Below, in pieces: positions 38,317-49,217 of a stretch of 64,000 nt of DNA (its first letter is position 1; every line of letters begins with the position of its first letter). Source of the DNA: Tepidisphaera sp. (GTDB lineage: Bacteria > Planctomycetota > Phycisphaerae > Phycisphaerales > UBA1924); assembly GCA_050916045.1 (NCBI GenBank), contig CP051526.1:3840001-3904000 (forward strand), written 5' to 3'. The position numbers and the translations under genes are program-made. Under the pieces are notes generated by a model. That model was not told where the DNA came from, did no database searches, and saw only the letters and a list, made by a program, of their open reading frames with translations.

Positions 38317-39216
38317 TTATTCGACGTTGGCGGATTGTTCTTTAATCCGGTCGATCGCACCCTTGATCTCGACCGTCCACCGGGAGGTCGCCGCGTCGGG
38401 GGACTTGCTCGCGATCGTATTGGCTTCCCGGAGCATCTCCTGAGCCACGAAATCGAGGGTCCGGCCGACGGGCTTGTACTCGGGCTGGGAAACCAGGTCG
38501 CCGAACTGCTCGAGGTGGCCGGTCAGGCGCTGGGTTTCCTCGGCGATGTCGATGCGTTCGGCGTAGATAGCGATCTCGCGGATCAGGTCCCCCACTTCAA
38601 CCTTGACGTCCGCTTCGCGGAGCATCTGCTCGATCCGGCCCTTGAGCCGCTTTTCGTACTCAAGCACGACCTCGGGAGAACGGCCCTGGATCTGGCTCAG
38701 GCGGTCGCCAATGAGCTTGAGGTGGGCCTGAAGCTCCTTGGACAGAGCCGACCCCTCGCGGTCGCGCATGGCGAGAAGGCCGTCAAGAGCTTTGTCCAGC
38801 AAGCCCAGAAACACGCTCCGGGCTTTGTGAAGGCGGTCTTCCTCGTGGGTCGGAGCTTGGAGCACGCCTGGCAGAGCAAGCAGCCCCGCCGCGTCCACGG
38901 TCATCGCCGGCGCATCCTTCCCAAGGGCGGCTTTGGCTTCCTGAAGCTGGGCGAGGTACGCCTGAAGAACCACCCGATTGACCGAATGGGCGGCGGCGTC
39001 GGATTCGTTGGTGCAGGTCGCGGTCAGCGTGACCGTCCCCCGGTTGACGCGCTCCCGCAAGCGTGACTCAAGCTCGGCTTCCAGCGATTGGAGCTCATCC
39101 GGCAGGCGGATGACACCTTTGAAGTACTTGTTGTTGAGGGAACGCACCTCAAGGAAGTAGTGGACCCCGTCCACGTGGATCGAGGCTTCGCCATAACCGG
39201 TCATGCTGCGGATCAA
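38317..39216 (-). CDS. yicC: YicC/YloC family endoribonuclease
   Basis: MIRSMTGYG, EVRSLN, GRTLDFVAQEMLREANTIASK, IKEQSANVE. Confidence 0.93.
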   Translation of the reverse strand: MIRSMTGYGEASIHVDGVHYFLEVRSLNNKYFKGVIRLPDELQSLEAELESRLRERVNRGTVTLTATCTNESDAAAHSVNRVVLQAYLAQLQEAKAALGKDAPAMTVDAAGLLALPGVLQAPTHEEDRLHKARSVFLGLLDKALDGLLAMRDREGSALSKELQAHLKLIGDRLSQIQGRSPEVVLEYEKRLKGRIEQMLREADVKVEVGDLIREIAIYAERIDIAEETQRLTGHLEQFGDLVSQPEYKPVGRTLDFVAQEMLREANTIASKSPDAATSRWTVEIKGAIDRIKEQSANVE

Positions 39217-39304
39217 ACGGAACTCCTGGATAGAGACGCCGGCCGACCGAGAGCGGAGGCGGGCGGACGCGGCCGAGACGCGGTCAGTGTACCGAAAGGC
39301 CGAT

Positions 39305-39835
39305 TTAGCGGGGCGCTTCGCCGGGAGCCGGGGCCGGAGCCGGGGTCGGGTTCGCCGGAGCCGGGTTCCCAGGGGTCGCGGGCGCGGCGTCTGCCGGAGC
39401 CGGATTCGGCTGGACCGGCTTCTCCACAGGGCTCTCAGGCGTCGCGGCAGGATTGGCCGGCGGGTTCACGCCGGGAGCCGGCGGGTTCACAGCCGGCGTG
39501 GCAGCCGGATCCGCCGGGGTCTCGGGCACCGTCTCGGCCGGAGGCGTCGTCACGGTGACCGGAGGCGCTTCCGAAGGCCGCGACATGATGTTCAGCGCCA
39601 CCGCGAGGGCCAGCCAGACCACGAAGACGAGAATCGTCGCCACCGTCAGCGCATCGCCCGTCTTGGTGCCGAAAGCCGTCTGGCCCGAGCCCGAACTTGC
39701 ACCAAACGCAGCCGAAAGCCCGCCGCCCTGCGGCTTCTGGATCATCACCGTCAGCACCAGAACGAAGCAAACGAGCAGGAAAAGCAGAACCGCAATATTG
39801 AACCAGACACCCGTCAGCATCGCGAGCAGCAGCAT
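39305..39835 (-). CDS. secG: Preprotein translocase subunit SecG with Pro-rich tail
   Basis: VMIQKPQGGGLSAAFG...TAFGTKTGDALT. Confidence 0.92.
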   Translation of the reverse strand: MLLLAMLTGVWFNIAVLLFLLVCFVLVLTVMIQKPQGGGLSAAFGASSGSGQTAFGTKTGDALTVATILVFVVWLALAVALNIMSRPSEAPPVTVTTPPAETVPETPADPAATPAVNPPAPGVNPPANPAATPESPVEKPVQPNPAPADAAPATPGNPAPANPTPAPAPAPGEAPR

Positions 39836-39993
39836 GAGACATCTCCGCCCACCCCCGCCGGACAGAGTCCCGGTGCGGGGGATGGAACCGTGATGGTAGG
39901 TGGGGAGGACGAGGTGATCCTCATCGCCTCAGGGCTTGCTTCGGCCCCCCGAACCCCTCCAGAACGACGACGACCGCCCTGTATACTGCCGCG

Positions 39994-40635
39994 GTGAAAC
40001 GTGCTCGACTTGCATCGCTTCGTCCGGCACGGAGCATCCTTGCCTTCTCGGCGATCGGTCTGAGCTTGACCCTGGCCGCCACCCGCGTTGATGATGCCCG
40101 TCTTCTCGCCGGCTGGAACGGTGTCGGGCCTGCCGAGATCGCCGCGGACCCTTCGACCATCCTGACCCGTCGCGTCGGTGTCTCCTCGGTCCAGCTTTCG
40201 ATCTCTCGGTCCGGCTTTGAACAAGAGATCACCGAGCGAGAAGCGTTCGCCCAGGCGCGGAAAGCCGCCGCGTGGTCGACGGATCCGCTTGCGGGCATGG
40301 GCGCGGTCCTTTGGAACAGGCCCGTGACCCACCAGACCTTCTTCCGGCAGGGCTGGCCCCTGCATGCGTTTTCGGCATCAACAACCGGCACCGATCCGAT
40401 CCGGGGCGGCGTGCTGATCGGGGACCCGCTCAACCCCGGTGTGCTGGCGCTCACTCCGATGTGGACGGGGCTCGTCGGCAACACGCTCCTCTTCGGATCG
40501 GCCTCATGGGTCGCCGCACGCGTGCCGGCCGCGTTGCGGCGATACCTGCGACGTCGCTCCGGCCGCTGCGAGAACTGCGGGTACGCACGCGACGGGCTTT
40601 CGGCCGGTTCGCCTTGTCCGGAGTGCGGACGCTGA
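39994..40635 (+). CDS. Membrane protein with C-terminal zinc ribbon (paralog 5)
   Basis: GWPLHAF, PMWTGLVGNTL, CENCGY...CPECG; TATACT 6 nt upstream of GTG. Confidence 0.78.
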   Translation: MKRARLASLRPARSILAFSAIGLSLTLAATRVDDARLLAGWNGVGPAEIAADPSTILTRRVGVSSVQLSISRSGFEQEITEREAFAQARKAAAWSTDPLAGMGAVLWNRPVTHQTFFRQGWPLHAFSASTTGTDPIRGGVLIGDPLNPGVLALTPMWTGLVGNTLLFGSASWVAARVPAALRRYLRRRSGRCENCGYARDGLSAGSPCPECGR

Positions 40636-40752
40636 AGCCGTGGGTGCCACGCGGCCTCCGAATTGTCCGATCGTCCGCGCCTCCCAAAAACAAAGCCCGG
40701 TGCGCGATCGCGCACCGGGCTCCATACTGCTTTTGCGATCTTGGCCCGCTCT

Positions 40753-42534
40753 TTAGCAGCCGAGCTCGAACGCGGCGACGTAATCGTTGTAGTCGAAGAA
40801 GTCGATGAAGTTGTCGAGGTTGAAGTCCGCTCCAACGGTGCCGGTTTCGAACGACGTGACGTAATCGCCGTAGTCGTTGAAATCGACGAACCCGTCCGCG
40901 TTGAAGTCAGCGGGGCAGAGCTTCACGGCGGCGGGATCGAACATCGCAAGCAACTGTCCGCCCTCGACGAGTTCGCCGGGGATCGAGAAGTGCGACTGGT
41001 TGTTGATGATGAACCAGCCCGGACCCAGAATGTCCCGAGCATCCACCACGCCGGAGGACTCCTCATCCTGCGTGAGGAAGTTGGGCGCGCCCGCCAGGTA
41101 GAGGTTCGCCGAAGCCGCGGCGATCTCGCGGATCGAATCGGTCTGGACGTCGTACGACCAGATGCGGCCGAGGCGCGGGTTGTTCCCCACATCCTCCTGG
41201 ATGATGATCTGGCCGTTCTTCGTGACGCACATGTTGTCCATCATGCGGACGTCGGTCAGGCCGCTCGCGGAGATGATCCCACCCGCGAACGTCGCGGGGT
41301 TCGAGCCGTCACCCAGCATGGTCACCGTGCCGCCGTTCTGGGGGTTGGCGATGTCGCTAAAGGTCATGACCCAGAGGCGGCTGTTGCCGGTGAAGCTGTC
41401 GGTGGTGACGAAGTAGAACTTGTCCTTCGCGAGGGGGTCCCAGGCGCCGTCCTCGGGGCGGGCAAAGTTCATCTGGCCCTGCGCATCGAGGCTCTGGAGA
41501 TAAGCGCCCGTGCGGGACTTGGGTTCGGTGACCTCGATCGTGCGGAAGGCGGCAGACTCGCGGCGGCCGTTGGTCGCGTTGCCGAGGACAAACGTACGGT
41601 CCTCGACCGGCTGCCCGCTCGAGTTGACCGTCACGCCCTCGATCACGATCGCGAAGAGCCGTCCGTCAACGAGGCCCGCGCGCTCCACGACGTTGCCCGA
41701 ATCCCGCTTGGTCCCGACGTAGATGTACAGGTTGCCGGGGGTCGAATCGTCAAGCCCGACGCAGACCGTCGCCGCCTGGGGGAACGGGCACGCGAGGTTG
41801 TTCTCCCAAGAGTAATCGCCGTGCTCGGGAAGCTCGTAGATGGTCCCAGCTTCATCGCCCGTGGCGATGTGCGCGAACGCGCGGCCCGGGGCTCCAACCT
41901 CCTCACCGTTGAGGAGGATCCGAGCGTCGGTGCCGAGGTTGCCGAACCGGTATGCGGAAGGCTCAGCCATATCCGCCGAGCAGAACCGGCCGAAACCGTT
42001 CCGGCTGGGATCCGGCGTGTTGTAGTCCGCGATGACGTTGTTGGCGTACGTCGGCATCGGGCGGGCGGTGTTGTACGTCTCGTACGCGTTGGTGCCCGTG
42101 TTCCAGAGCTTGGCCGACGTGCCCAGATCATCCCCGCCGATCACGCGGAGGTCGCTCGCGTCGGCTTTGATCCGCCAGCGGGAGACGAAGCTGCCGCGGC
42201 TGCCGTGCGCACGAACGATGCTCGTGTTGGCGCCGTTCTCGTGATTCACGAGCACGGAAAAGGTGCCGTTCGCGATATCCGTCGCGTCCGCGAACACGCC
42301 CATTCCGTCGGGAAGCCCGGTGAAACGGTAATCGACCGCGCCGGTCGAGAGGCGGGTGTAGAGCTCATCCGTGAAGATCCCCGTCCCGTTGCCGTTGCTC
42401 GCGATCGAGACCGTCACGACGCCGGTCGCCGCCGGAAGAAACTCCGGCCCGCGCGTCGTGCTCGGACCCTGAACCTGCGCCATCGCGCTCGCCGCACCGG
42501 CGGACACCACCAACATCGCAACACGTGCTTTCAT
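40753..42534 (-). CDS. PhoX/DUF839-like propeller protein with dockerin-like tail
   Basis: PDG, VNHE, RFCS, WEN, RPED, DN, IIQED; ends ELGC. Confidence 0.82.
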   Translation of the reverse strand: MKARVAMLVVSAGAASAMAQVQGPSTTRGPEFLPAATGVVTVSIASNGNGTGIFTDELYTRLSTGAVDYRFTGLPDGMGVFADATDIANGTFSVLVNHENGANTSIVRAHGSRGSFVSRWRIKADASDLRVIGGDDLGTSAKLWNTGTNAYETYNTARPMPTYANNVIADYNTPDPSRNGFGRFCSADMAEPSAYRFGNLGTDARILLNGEEVGAPGRAFAHIATGDEAGTIYELPEHGDYSWENNLACPFPQAATVCVGLDDSTPGNLYIYVGTKRDSGNVVERAGLVDGRLFAIVIEGVTVNSSGQPVEDRTFVLGNATNGRRESAAFRTIEVTEPKSRTGAYLQSLDAQGQMNFARPEDGAWDPLAKDKFYFVTTDSFTGNSRLWVMTFSDIANPQNGGTVTMLGDGSNPATFAGGIISASGLTDVRMMDNMCVTKNGQIIIQEDVGNNPRLGRIWSYDVQTDSIREIAAASANLYLAGAPNFLTQDEESSGVVDARDILGPGWFIINNQSHFSIPGELVEGGQLLAMFDPAAVKLCPADFNADGFVDFNDYGDYVTSFETGTVGADFNLDNFIDFFDYNDYVAAFELGC

Positions 42535-42768
42535 CGGAACCTCCCTGGGCTGATCGCGCGTCGGCGTGCTCAACGGCCGCCTCGAACGAGCGAACACGGG
42601 ACCTTACCGCGCCATCGCACCCCATCGGCCTTTCGACGCGCGAGGACTTCGTGAGAACTGCGCACAGACGACACGCGGCAAAGAACCAAACCGAATCCTC
42701 GCGCAACATCGTCGGAATCCGCACAATCACCCCCGCGTTGTCCGTTACCGTGCCGCCGGAGGTCTGCC

Positions 42769-43941
42769 ATGAACTCACCCGTGACATCACGCTGGACCAT
42801 CGCCGCCCTTTGCATGATCGGGACGGCGTCTTGTGCGCACGCGCAGCCGCTCTCCCATAGCGTGCTGGCCGAGAGCTTTCTCTCGCTTCGGATCAACGCG
42901 TACCAGCAGGTCAATCTGGTCTCAAGCCGTCCCTCCGACAACCCGCAGATCCTGGACCCGCTGCTCCTGGACGCGTGGGGCATCGCCATCCGACCGCCCG
43001 GAGCCGGTGGCCACTGGTGGCTCAACAACACCGCGAGCGGCACCACCACGACCTACGTCGGCGACACGCCCACCGAACCGCTCTTCCAGGATGAGCTCAA
43101 GGTCGTCACGATCCCCCGCGGGCGGATCTACGAGCACCTCCTCGACTACGTCTCTCAGCCCACGGGCGTCGTCTACACCGGGCACTCCTCGACGGACTTC
43201 ATGGTGACGGGCGAAGGGATCACCGGCCCGGCAAAGTTCGTCTTCTGCGCCCTGGACGGCACGCTCTCGGCGTGGACGACGAACCAGACGGCCGCGGTGA
43301 ACATGGTGGACGATTCGGCATCTGGCGCGATGTTCACAGGGCTGGCCGCGTCCGAGCGTGCTTCGGGCAATCTGCTTTACGTCTGCGATTTCGGCCTGGA
43401 GCGGTTCCGGATCTTCGATCACGCGTTCCGCGAGCTTCCCGTCCCGGCCGGGAAGTTCCGTGATCCGCGCATCGCGTCCACGTTCTCGCATTACAACTGC
43501 CAGGTGCTTTCCGACGGACTGCTCTATGTCACGTTTGCGTACGTCGGCGACGACCCGGGCGAAGAAGATCGCCACCCGGGGTACGGCTATGTGACCTCGT
43601 TCGATCTCGACGGCAACATCGTCAAGCAGTACGAGCACCGCCTCGAGCTCAACGCGCCGTGGGGCGTCGCAATCGCTCCGGACAATTTCGGCCCTTTCTC
43701 CGGCCAGCTCATCGTCGGCAACTTCGGCGACCATCGCGTGATGGCGTTCTCGCGGACGACCGGACGGTTCCTGGATTTCCTGCGAGCACCGGACCGCAAG
43801 CCCATCGAGATCGACGGCTTGTGGGGCCTTCAGTTCGGCAACGGCGTGCGGCTCGGATACACGAACCACCTCTACTTCGCGGCCGGCCCGGAGGAAGAGG
43901 AAGAAGGCCTCTTCGGCAAGCTCGTCCCGCTCACGCCGTGA
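42769..43941 (+). CDS. TIGR03118 family protein
   Basis: YQQVNLVS, DAWGIAIRP, PTGVVY, LNAPWG, VGNFGD, IDGLWG, LYFAAGP. Confidence 0.88.
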   Translation: MNSPVTSRWTIAALCMIGTASCAHAQPLSHSVLAESFLSLRINAYQQVNLVSSRPSDNPQILDPLLLDAWGIAIRPPGAGGHWWLNNTASGTTTTYVGDTPTEPLFQDELKVVTIPRGRIYEHLLDYVSQPTGVVYTGHSSTDFMVTGEGITGPAKFVFCALDGTLSAWTTNQTAAVNMVDDSASGAMFTGLAASERASGNLLYVCDFGLERFRIFDHAFRELPVPAGKFRDPRIASTFSHYNCQVLSDGLLYVTFAYVGDDPGEEDRHPGYGYVTSFDLDGNIVKQYEHRLELNAPWGVAIAPDNFGPFSGQLIVGNFGDHRVMAFSRTTGRFLDFLRAPDRKPIEIDGLWGLQFGNGVRLGYTNHLYFAAGPEEEEEGLFGKLVPLTP

Positions 43942-44321
43942 GGACGAGTCGCGACGAAAGCTCTCCCAGAGCCGTTCGGAAGACCGGGTGCTCTTGGCAA
44001 GAGACCAGCACTTGGATCAGATCCGCTACGACGCCCCTAGCTCCTGCGAGCACTTGCACGCTGCCTGGCGTGGTGGTCTTACCGAACCGCAAACGGGGGC
44101 GAGAAGCGGGTGATCTCTCTCCGAAGGCCACCCAAGCCACGCTTGCTTCGAATCGGACATTGAATCGTTCGCACCCGGAGCGTGGGGATCGCGGTGGGCC
44201 TTCGCGACCATGTTTTGATCGTCGCACAGGTCCGCTGATCCGGGCTTCATTTCTTTTTGAGGATCATGTCCGGACGCGGGATCTGGTCGCTCCTCCGGGG
44301 ACCCCGCTGGAGAGATGCTCG

Positions 44322-45056
44322 ATGACAACGATCGCGAAACTGGTCGGAACCGCCGGAGTGCTTGTGATGTGCTCGGGAGCTTGGGCGCAAGCTCCGTTCG
44401 ACGACGGCTTCGGCCGAGAGTGGCGACAGCTCACGGACACGGTGAACCTGAGCTGGGACCAGGTCGCGGCGGTCTGTCCGACGGACGGGCGAACGCCCGG
44501 AACGGGCTCGGCGGGCGGGCGCGATGTGACGGGGTGGGTCTGGGCGACGCGAGCCCAGGTGCGGACCATGTTCGCTCGTTATGAACCGGCGCTCAACGAG
44601 AGCCTGTCCGTCGGCGGACCGGGCCATCTGCTTTCGGCTCTCGAGTTTCTCTCGGGGGGCCGGATCCGGCCGACGTTCGAGTACTACACATCGTTCGGCG
44701 GTTATCTTTACACCGCCGGCTTGCTCGCGGACCGCAACCCCGACGGCACCGCCGCCCTCGCGGAGATCAGCGCGGAGTATCCGGTGTTCTACGGGGCATG
44801 GACGGTCGAGAGCCAAGCGGCCCCGACGACGCAGCTTCGCTTCGCGGGCGTCTGGCTCTGGCGGTGGACCGCCGACCGCTGCCACGCGGATTTCAACATC
44901 GATGGGTTCCTCGATTTCTTCGACTACGACCAGTTCGTGAACTGCTTCGAGACAGGGGCCTGCCCCGCGGACGCGTCGGCCGACTTCAACGCCGATGGAT
45001 TCGTCGATTTCTTCGACTATGACGCGTTCGTGGAAGCGTTCGAAGCGGGCTGCTGA
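44322..45056 (+). CDS. Secreted protein with dockerin-like tail
   Basis: Signal peptide; GREWRQL...GWVWAT; ends EAGC. Confidence 0.8.
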   Translation: MTTIAKLVGTAGVLVMCSGAWAQAPFDDGFGREWRQLTDTVNLSWDQVAAVCPTDGRTPGTGSAGGRDVTGWVWATRAQVRTMFARYEPALNESLSVGGPGHLLSALEFLSGGRIRPTFEYYTSFGGYLYTAGLLADRNPDGTAALAEISAEYPVFYGAWTVESQAAPTTQLRFAGVWLWRWTADRCHADFNIDGFLDFFDYDQFVNCFETGACPADASADFNADGFVDFFDYDAFVEAFEAGC

Positions 45057-45085
45057 CGCGCGAGTGAACGTTGGCATCGAGAAAG

Positions 45086-45115
45086 ACGAGCCTCACGCTG
45101 GCGCGTGAGGCTCGT
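45086..45115. terminator. Hairpin between convergent genes
   Basis: ACGAGCCTCACGC-TGGC-GCGTGAGGCTCGT. Confidence 0.65.
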
Positions 45116-45157
45116 GGGGTTGCGTGCGGATGGGGCGTTGCGGGGGCTCACTGCGGC

Positions 45158-45808
45158 TTACTTCGCCCGCGTGTACGTGATCTCGAACGCGATGAAGTCG
45201 CTGCCGTACATCACTTCCCACGCTTCGAACTTGAAAGTGTTGTCGTCGATGAAGCGGGTGACGTACTTCACGGTCTTGCCGATCTCGCCGGTCATGGGTT
45301 CATCCATCGTGCCGAACATCGTGATGATCTTGCCGTCGGGGCTCTTGGAGCCGGTCATGTAGGAGATGGAAGTGCCGAAAGTGTCGGCCCACGTGCCCAC
45401 GTACTGCTTGCGGGTGTTGTCAAAGCCGGTCATGCCGAAGCCGGACATGGGCATGCCCATCATCTCGCCCTCAAACTCCTGGACCTGGTACTTGTCGCCG
45501 AGCATCATCCGGATCGTGGCTTTGCCCTTGGACTCCTGAGCGGGGGCCCCGGGCCCGCCGGCAAAGACCTTGACAGCGCAGTCCCACTTGCCGACGGACT
45601 TCTTCATGGCTTCGTGAGCCGGACCGGGCTTCATCGAAGCCATCCAATCGTCCATCATCTTCTGCTGCTCGGCGGGGGTCGGGGCCGCGGGCTGCTTGGC
45701 GTCAGCCTTCTTGACGGGCTGGGCGAGCGTGCACGCGCCCAAGCCCGCGAGCGTGCCCGCCGCCGCCGAAACCAAAACCGCCGTGACCATGAGCTTCGAG
45801 ACGTTCAT
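45158..45808 (-). CDS. DUF1579 family protein
   Basis: PGPAH..M...VGKW, GFDNTRKQYVGTWADTFGT, FEITYTR. Confidence 0.88.
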   Translation of the reverse strand: MNVSKLMVTAVLVSAAAGTLAGLGACTLAQPVKKADAKQPAAPTPAEQQKMMDDWMASMKPGPAHEAMKKSVGKWDCAVKVFAGGPGAPAQESKGKATIRMMLGDKYQVQEFEGEMMGMPMSGFGMTGFDNTRKQYVGTWADTFGTSISYMTGSKSPDGKIITMFGTMDEPMTGEIGKTVKYVTRFIDDNTFKFEAWEVMYGSDFIAFEITYTRAK

Positions 45809-46066
45809 CCGGTTCTCCTTGTCCAATGGCAGGGACCGCGCGGACAGGTCGACACCCGACCGTCTTCCGCACGGAACTTGGACGATATCAGACTACCGAG
45901 CGGCCGCCAGCCCGAAGAATTACGGGGTTGCGAGGCGCCAGAGCCCTCGTTTCACCCGCTTTCGGGTTGGAATTGCGCCCCCGAGCGGGTATCTTGGCAC
46001 AAAGTTGGTCAACCGGTTCGGGTTCGGGCGCACGCTCACCCCGGCCGGTGCATCCCTTGGGGGCCT

Positions 46067-46711
46067 GTGTCACTCGATGATCGATCCAATTCGGTAGCCG
46101 ACCAGACCTCAACGCGCGAGGCCCAGACGCGCGTCGCGAGCTTGCTGACGGCCGCCGCGACCGGCGACAGCCTCGCGACGGACGAGCTCTTTCCGATCGT
46201 GTACGACGAACTGCACCGGCTCGCGACCGCGATGATGTCGCGTGAGCGCGGCAAAGGGCCGTACACGCTCCAGCCCACCGCCCTGGTGAACGAGGCGTAT
46301 GTTCGCCTTCTGGGGCCGGGGGACCACGGCTGGAAAAGCCGGGGGCAGTTCTTCTCAGCCGCCGCGAAGGCGATGCGGCACATCCTCATCGATCGGGCCC
46401 GCCGCTCACGCACCGCGAAGGAGAAGGGTGGGCCGGAGCTGAACGAGTCGATCGTGCCGGCCTTTGACAGCAAGACACAGACGTCCTGCGCTGCGGATGA
46501 GCTTGTCGCGCTGGACGTGGCGATGGACTCGCTCAAAGCCCGAGACGAACGGCAGCACGAGGTCGTGATGCTCAAGTACTTCGCGGGGCTGACGTTCGAG
46601 CAGATCGCGGCGACGCTGGATCTGGCGCTCTCGACGGTGAAGGCGGACTGGTCGTACGCCCGGGCCTGGCTGCTGCGTGAAATCAACCGTGCGGAGCGGG
46701 CCCATGGCTGA
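46067..46711 (+). CDS. ECF-type sigma factor (TIGR02999-like, kinase-associated)
   Basis: LFPIVYDELHRLA, TLQPTALVNEAY, AMRHILID, DWSYARAWL; start uncertain. Confidence 0.9.
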   Translation: MSLDDRSNSVADQTSTREAQTRVASLLTAAATGDSLATDELFPIVYDELHRLATAMMSRERGKGPYTLQPTALVNEAYVRLLGPGDHGWKSRGQFFSAAAKAMRHILIDRARRSRTAKEKGGPELNESIVPAFDSKTQTSCAADELVALDVAMDSLKARDERQHEVVMLKYFAGLTFEQIAATLDLALSTVKADWSYARAWLLREINRAERAHG

Positions 46712-49193
46712 CACGCCGTCCTCCGGAAGCTGGGGTGGTGTCGCCGTCTCGGCCGAGCGGCAGACGCGCGAGCTTTTCGAAGCCGCTCTCGCCCTGCACG
46801 GGGACGCCCGCAGAACGCTGCTGGAGCGGGCACGCCTCGAGAACGCAACGGTCTGCGCCGAGGTGGAATCGCTGCTGGAGTACCACGAGAACGAATCCGG
46901 GCTTCTGGACGAAGACGCCAGGATCGTCGCGGCGCGGCTCGGGCCCGTGAACATGCCCGTGCCCGCCTCGATCGGCAGGTACACCATCGTGCGCGAGATC
47001 GGCCATGGCGGCATGGGTGTGGTCTACGAAGCCACACAGGAATTTCCCAAGCGACGCGTCGCGCTCAAGGTCATCAGGCCCGAGCTGATCGGACGCTCGA
47101 TCACGCGCCGGTTCGAGCACGAAGCCGAAGCTCTCGCGGCGGTGCAGCATCCGGCGATCGCCCAGCTCTTCGAAGCGGGGTTCGAGACGGCGCAAATGGC
47201 CGACGGGTCGACCCACCCCGCGCGGGTCGCCTTCATGGCGATGGAGCTGGTGCAGGGCAAACCGCTGAGCGAAGCCACCGCGACCATGTCCGTTGAAGCC
47301 AAGGTGGAGCTTCTGGCCAGAATCTGCGACGCGGTCGACCACGCGCACCGCCGCGGGGTCATCCACCGCGACCTCAAGCCCGGGAACATCCTCGTCGGCG
47401 AGAACGGGCTTCCGAAAGTGCTCGATTTCGGGATCGCCAAGCTGACGGATCGCACGTCGGCGAACGCCACGCTGGACACCAAAGTCGGACAGATCGTGGG
47501 CACCGTCGGGTACATGAGCCCCGAGCAGCTTGATGGCGGGCACGGGCAGGTCGACCTGCGGAGCGACGTCTATTCGCTCGGGGTGCTTCTGTACGAGACG
47601 CTCGCGGGCGTCCCGCCGATCGACGTCGCGGGGCTTTCGCTGGCTGGCGCGGCGAGCGCGGTGAGGGATCGCGAGCCGACGCCGCTGGGCCGGCGATCAA
47701 CGCACCTTCGCGGAGATCTTGAGGCGATCGCGGCTCACGCGCTCGAGAAGGACCCGGACAGCCGGTATTCCTCCGCCGCCCATCTCGCGGAGGATCTCAG
47801 GCGGACGCTCCGGCACGAGCCCGTTTCGGCGCGGCCGCTCACGGCGTTCTACCACGCGGGCAAGTTCGCCCGGCGTCACCGCGGGCTGGTGGCTTCACTC
47901 GCCGCCGTGATGGTGGCGCTGGCGGGGGGAGTGATCGCCTTCGCTTGGCAAGCACGGGAAGCCAAGGCACAAGCCGCGGACGCGAATAGCGCCCTCGTCT
48001 TTCTGATGGAGACGCTTCAGGCCGCGAACCCGGAGGTTGCTCAGGGCCGCAATCTCACGATGCGGGACGCTCTTGACCGCTCCGAGACGATGCTCGAGCA
48101 GGCCAGGGAGATGCACCCGAGGGTCCGGGCCCAGCTTCACCACATGCTCGGCCACATCTACGAAAGCCTGTACGAGCACGAAAAGTCCCTGAACCACTAC
48201 GTGAAGCTCGCCGCGATCCGAGAGAACCTCTTCGGTGCGGATTCGCGCGAAGGCCTGCACGCACGGCTCCTGACCGTGTGGCCGATGTACGGCGTAGGCA
48301 GGAAGAGCGAAGCTTGGGATCTCGCTCGGGCGCTCAAAGCCCGCGCCGAGAAGATTCTCGGACCCGACGATGAGGTCACCGTCGACCTCCACTCGTCGAT
48401 CGCGACGACCGCTTCGGTCGAGTTCGGGCTGACGCGCGACGAGGTTCTTGATCTCCAGAGGATCGCGATCGCGCGGCTTGAGGCTCATTACGGGCGCGAG
48501 AGCGAGGAAGCCGACCGCGAGCGGATGAATCACGCCGTCACGCTCATGTCCTTCGATCAGGAAGCCGTGGCAATCCCGATCATCCGCGAGAGCCTGGCAT
48601 GGCGCATGCGAGCGATGGGAGCGAACCATCCGTCGGTGCTGGTGGCGATGAGCAACCTCGGCGGCGTCCTCTGCAACGGCGACCAGTTCGAAGAAGGCTT
48701 GCAGATCCTGCGGGACTGCGTCAAGGGATCCGAACAGCTCTGGGGAATGGCGAACCGCGCGACGATCAAGCGACGCGCCGATCTTGCGATGTCCCTTTTC
48801 CGCGCGGGCAAGCTCGAAGAATGCGAGAACGTCCTCAAGCGGCACATCCAGATCCTCGCCGCTTCCGAAGGCCCGACGGGACAACCGACGATCAAGGCCA
48901 GGGGCATGCTCACCGCCGCCCTGATCGCGCAGAAACGCTTCGCCGAAGCCGAGCTCGAGCTGGAATCGCTTTTCAACGACACCTCCGCCGCGTTCGGCGA
49001 GCAAGCCGACGAAACCGTCCAGGTGGCGACGCTCCGGTTTGACCTCTGCGAGCAGCGCCGCGATGGAGCGGGCATGCTCCGATGGGCGGAGTTCCTCAAA
49101 GCCACCAAGTGGGGCGAGGAAGCCATGAAGCAAGCGAAAGCCGCGGCCGCCCGGTTCGCCGCCGAAGACGCGGAAGCGGCGAATTCCAAGTAG
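46704..49193 (+). CDS. Ser/Thr protein kinase with TM helix and TPR-like C-terminus
   Basis: GHGGMGVVY, VALK, HRDLKPGN, DFGIAK, YMSPEQ. Confidence 0.93.
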   Translation: MADTPSSGSWGGVAVSAERQTRELFEAALALHGDARRTLLERARLENATVCAEVESLLEYHENESGLLDEDARIVAARLGPVNMPVPASIGRYTIVREIGHGGMGVVYEATQEFPKRRVALKVIRPELIGRSITRRFEHEAEALAAVQHPAIAQLFEAGFETAQMADGSTHPARVAFMAMELVQGKPLSEATATMSVEAKVELLARICDAVDHAHRRGVIHRDLKPGNILVGENGLPKVLDFGIAKLTDRTSANATLDTKVGQIVGTVGYMSPEQLDGGHGQVDLRSDVYSLGVLLYETLAGVPPIDVAGLSLAGAASAVRDREPTPLGRRSTHLRGDLEAIAAHALEKDPDSRYSSAAHLAEDLRRTLRHEPVSARPLTAFYHAGKFARRHRGLVASLAAVMVALAGGVIAFAWQAREAKAQAADANSALVFLMETLQAANPEVAQGRNLTMRDALDRSETMLEQAREMHPRVRAQLHHMLGHIYESLYEHEKSLNHYVKLAAIRENLFGADSREGLHARLLTVWPMYGVGRKSEAWDLARALKARAEKILGPDDEVTVDLHSSIATTASVEFGLTRDEVLDLQRIAIARLEAHYGRESEEADRERMNHAVTLMSFDQEAVAIPIIRESLAWRMRAMGANHPSVLVAMSNLGGVLCNGDQFEEGLQILRDCVKGSEQLWGMANRATIKRRADLAMSLFRAGKLEECENVLKRHIQILAASEGPTGQPTIKARGMLTAALIAQKRFAEAELELESLFNDTSAAFGEQADETVQVATLRFDLCEQRRDGAGMLRWAEFLKATKWGEEAMKQAKAAAARFAAEDAEAANSK

Positions 49194-49217
49194 CCCGCGG
49201 CCGACGCTCGGTGTTGA

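Noticed and set aside
43945..44320. Structured ncRNA or riboswitch in long intergenic gaps (also 49930-50310)
   Set aside because: No recognisable tRNA or riboswitch motif by eye; an Infernal/Rfam scan would be needed to exclude one.
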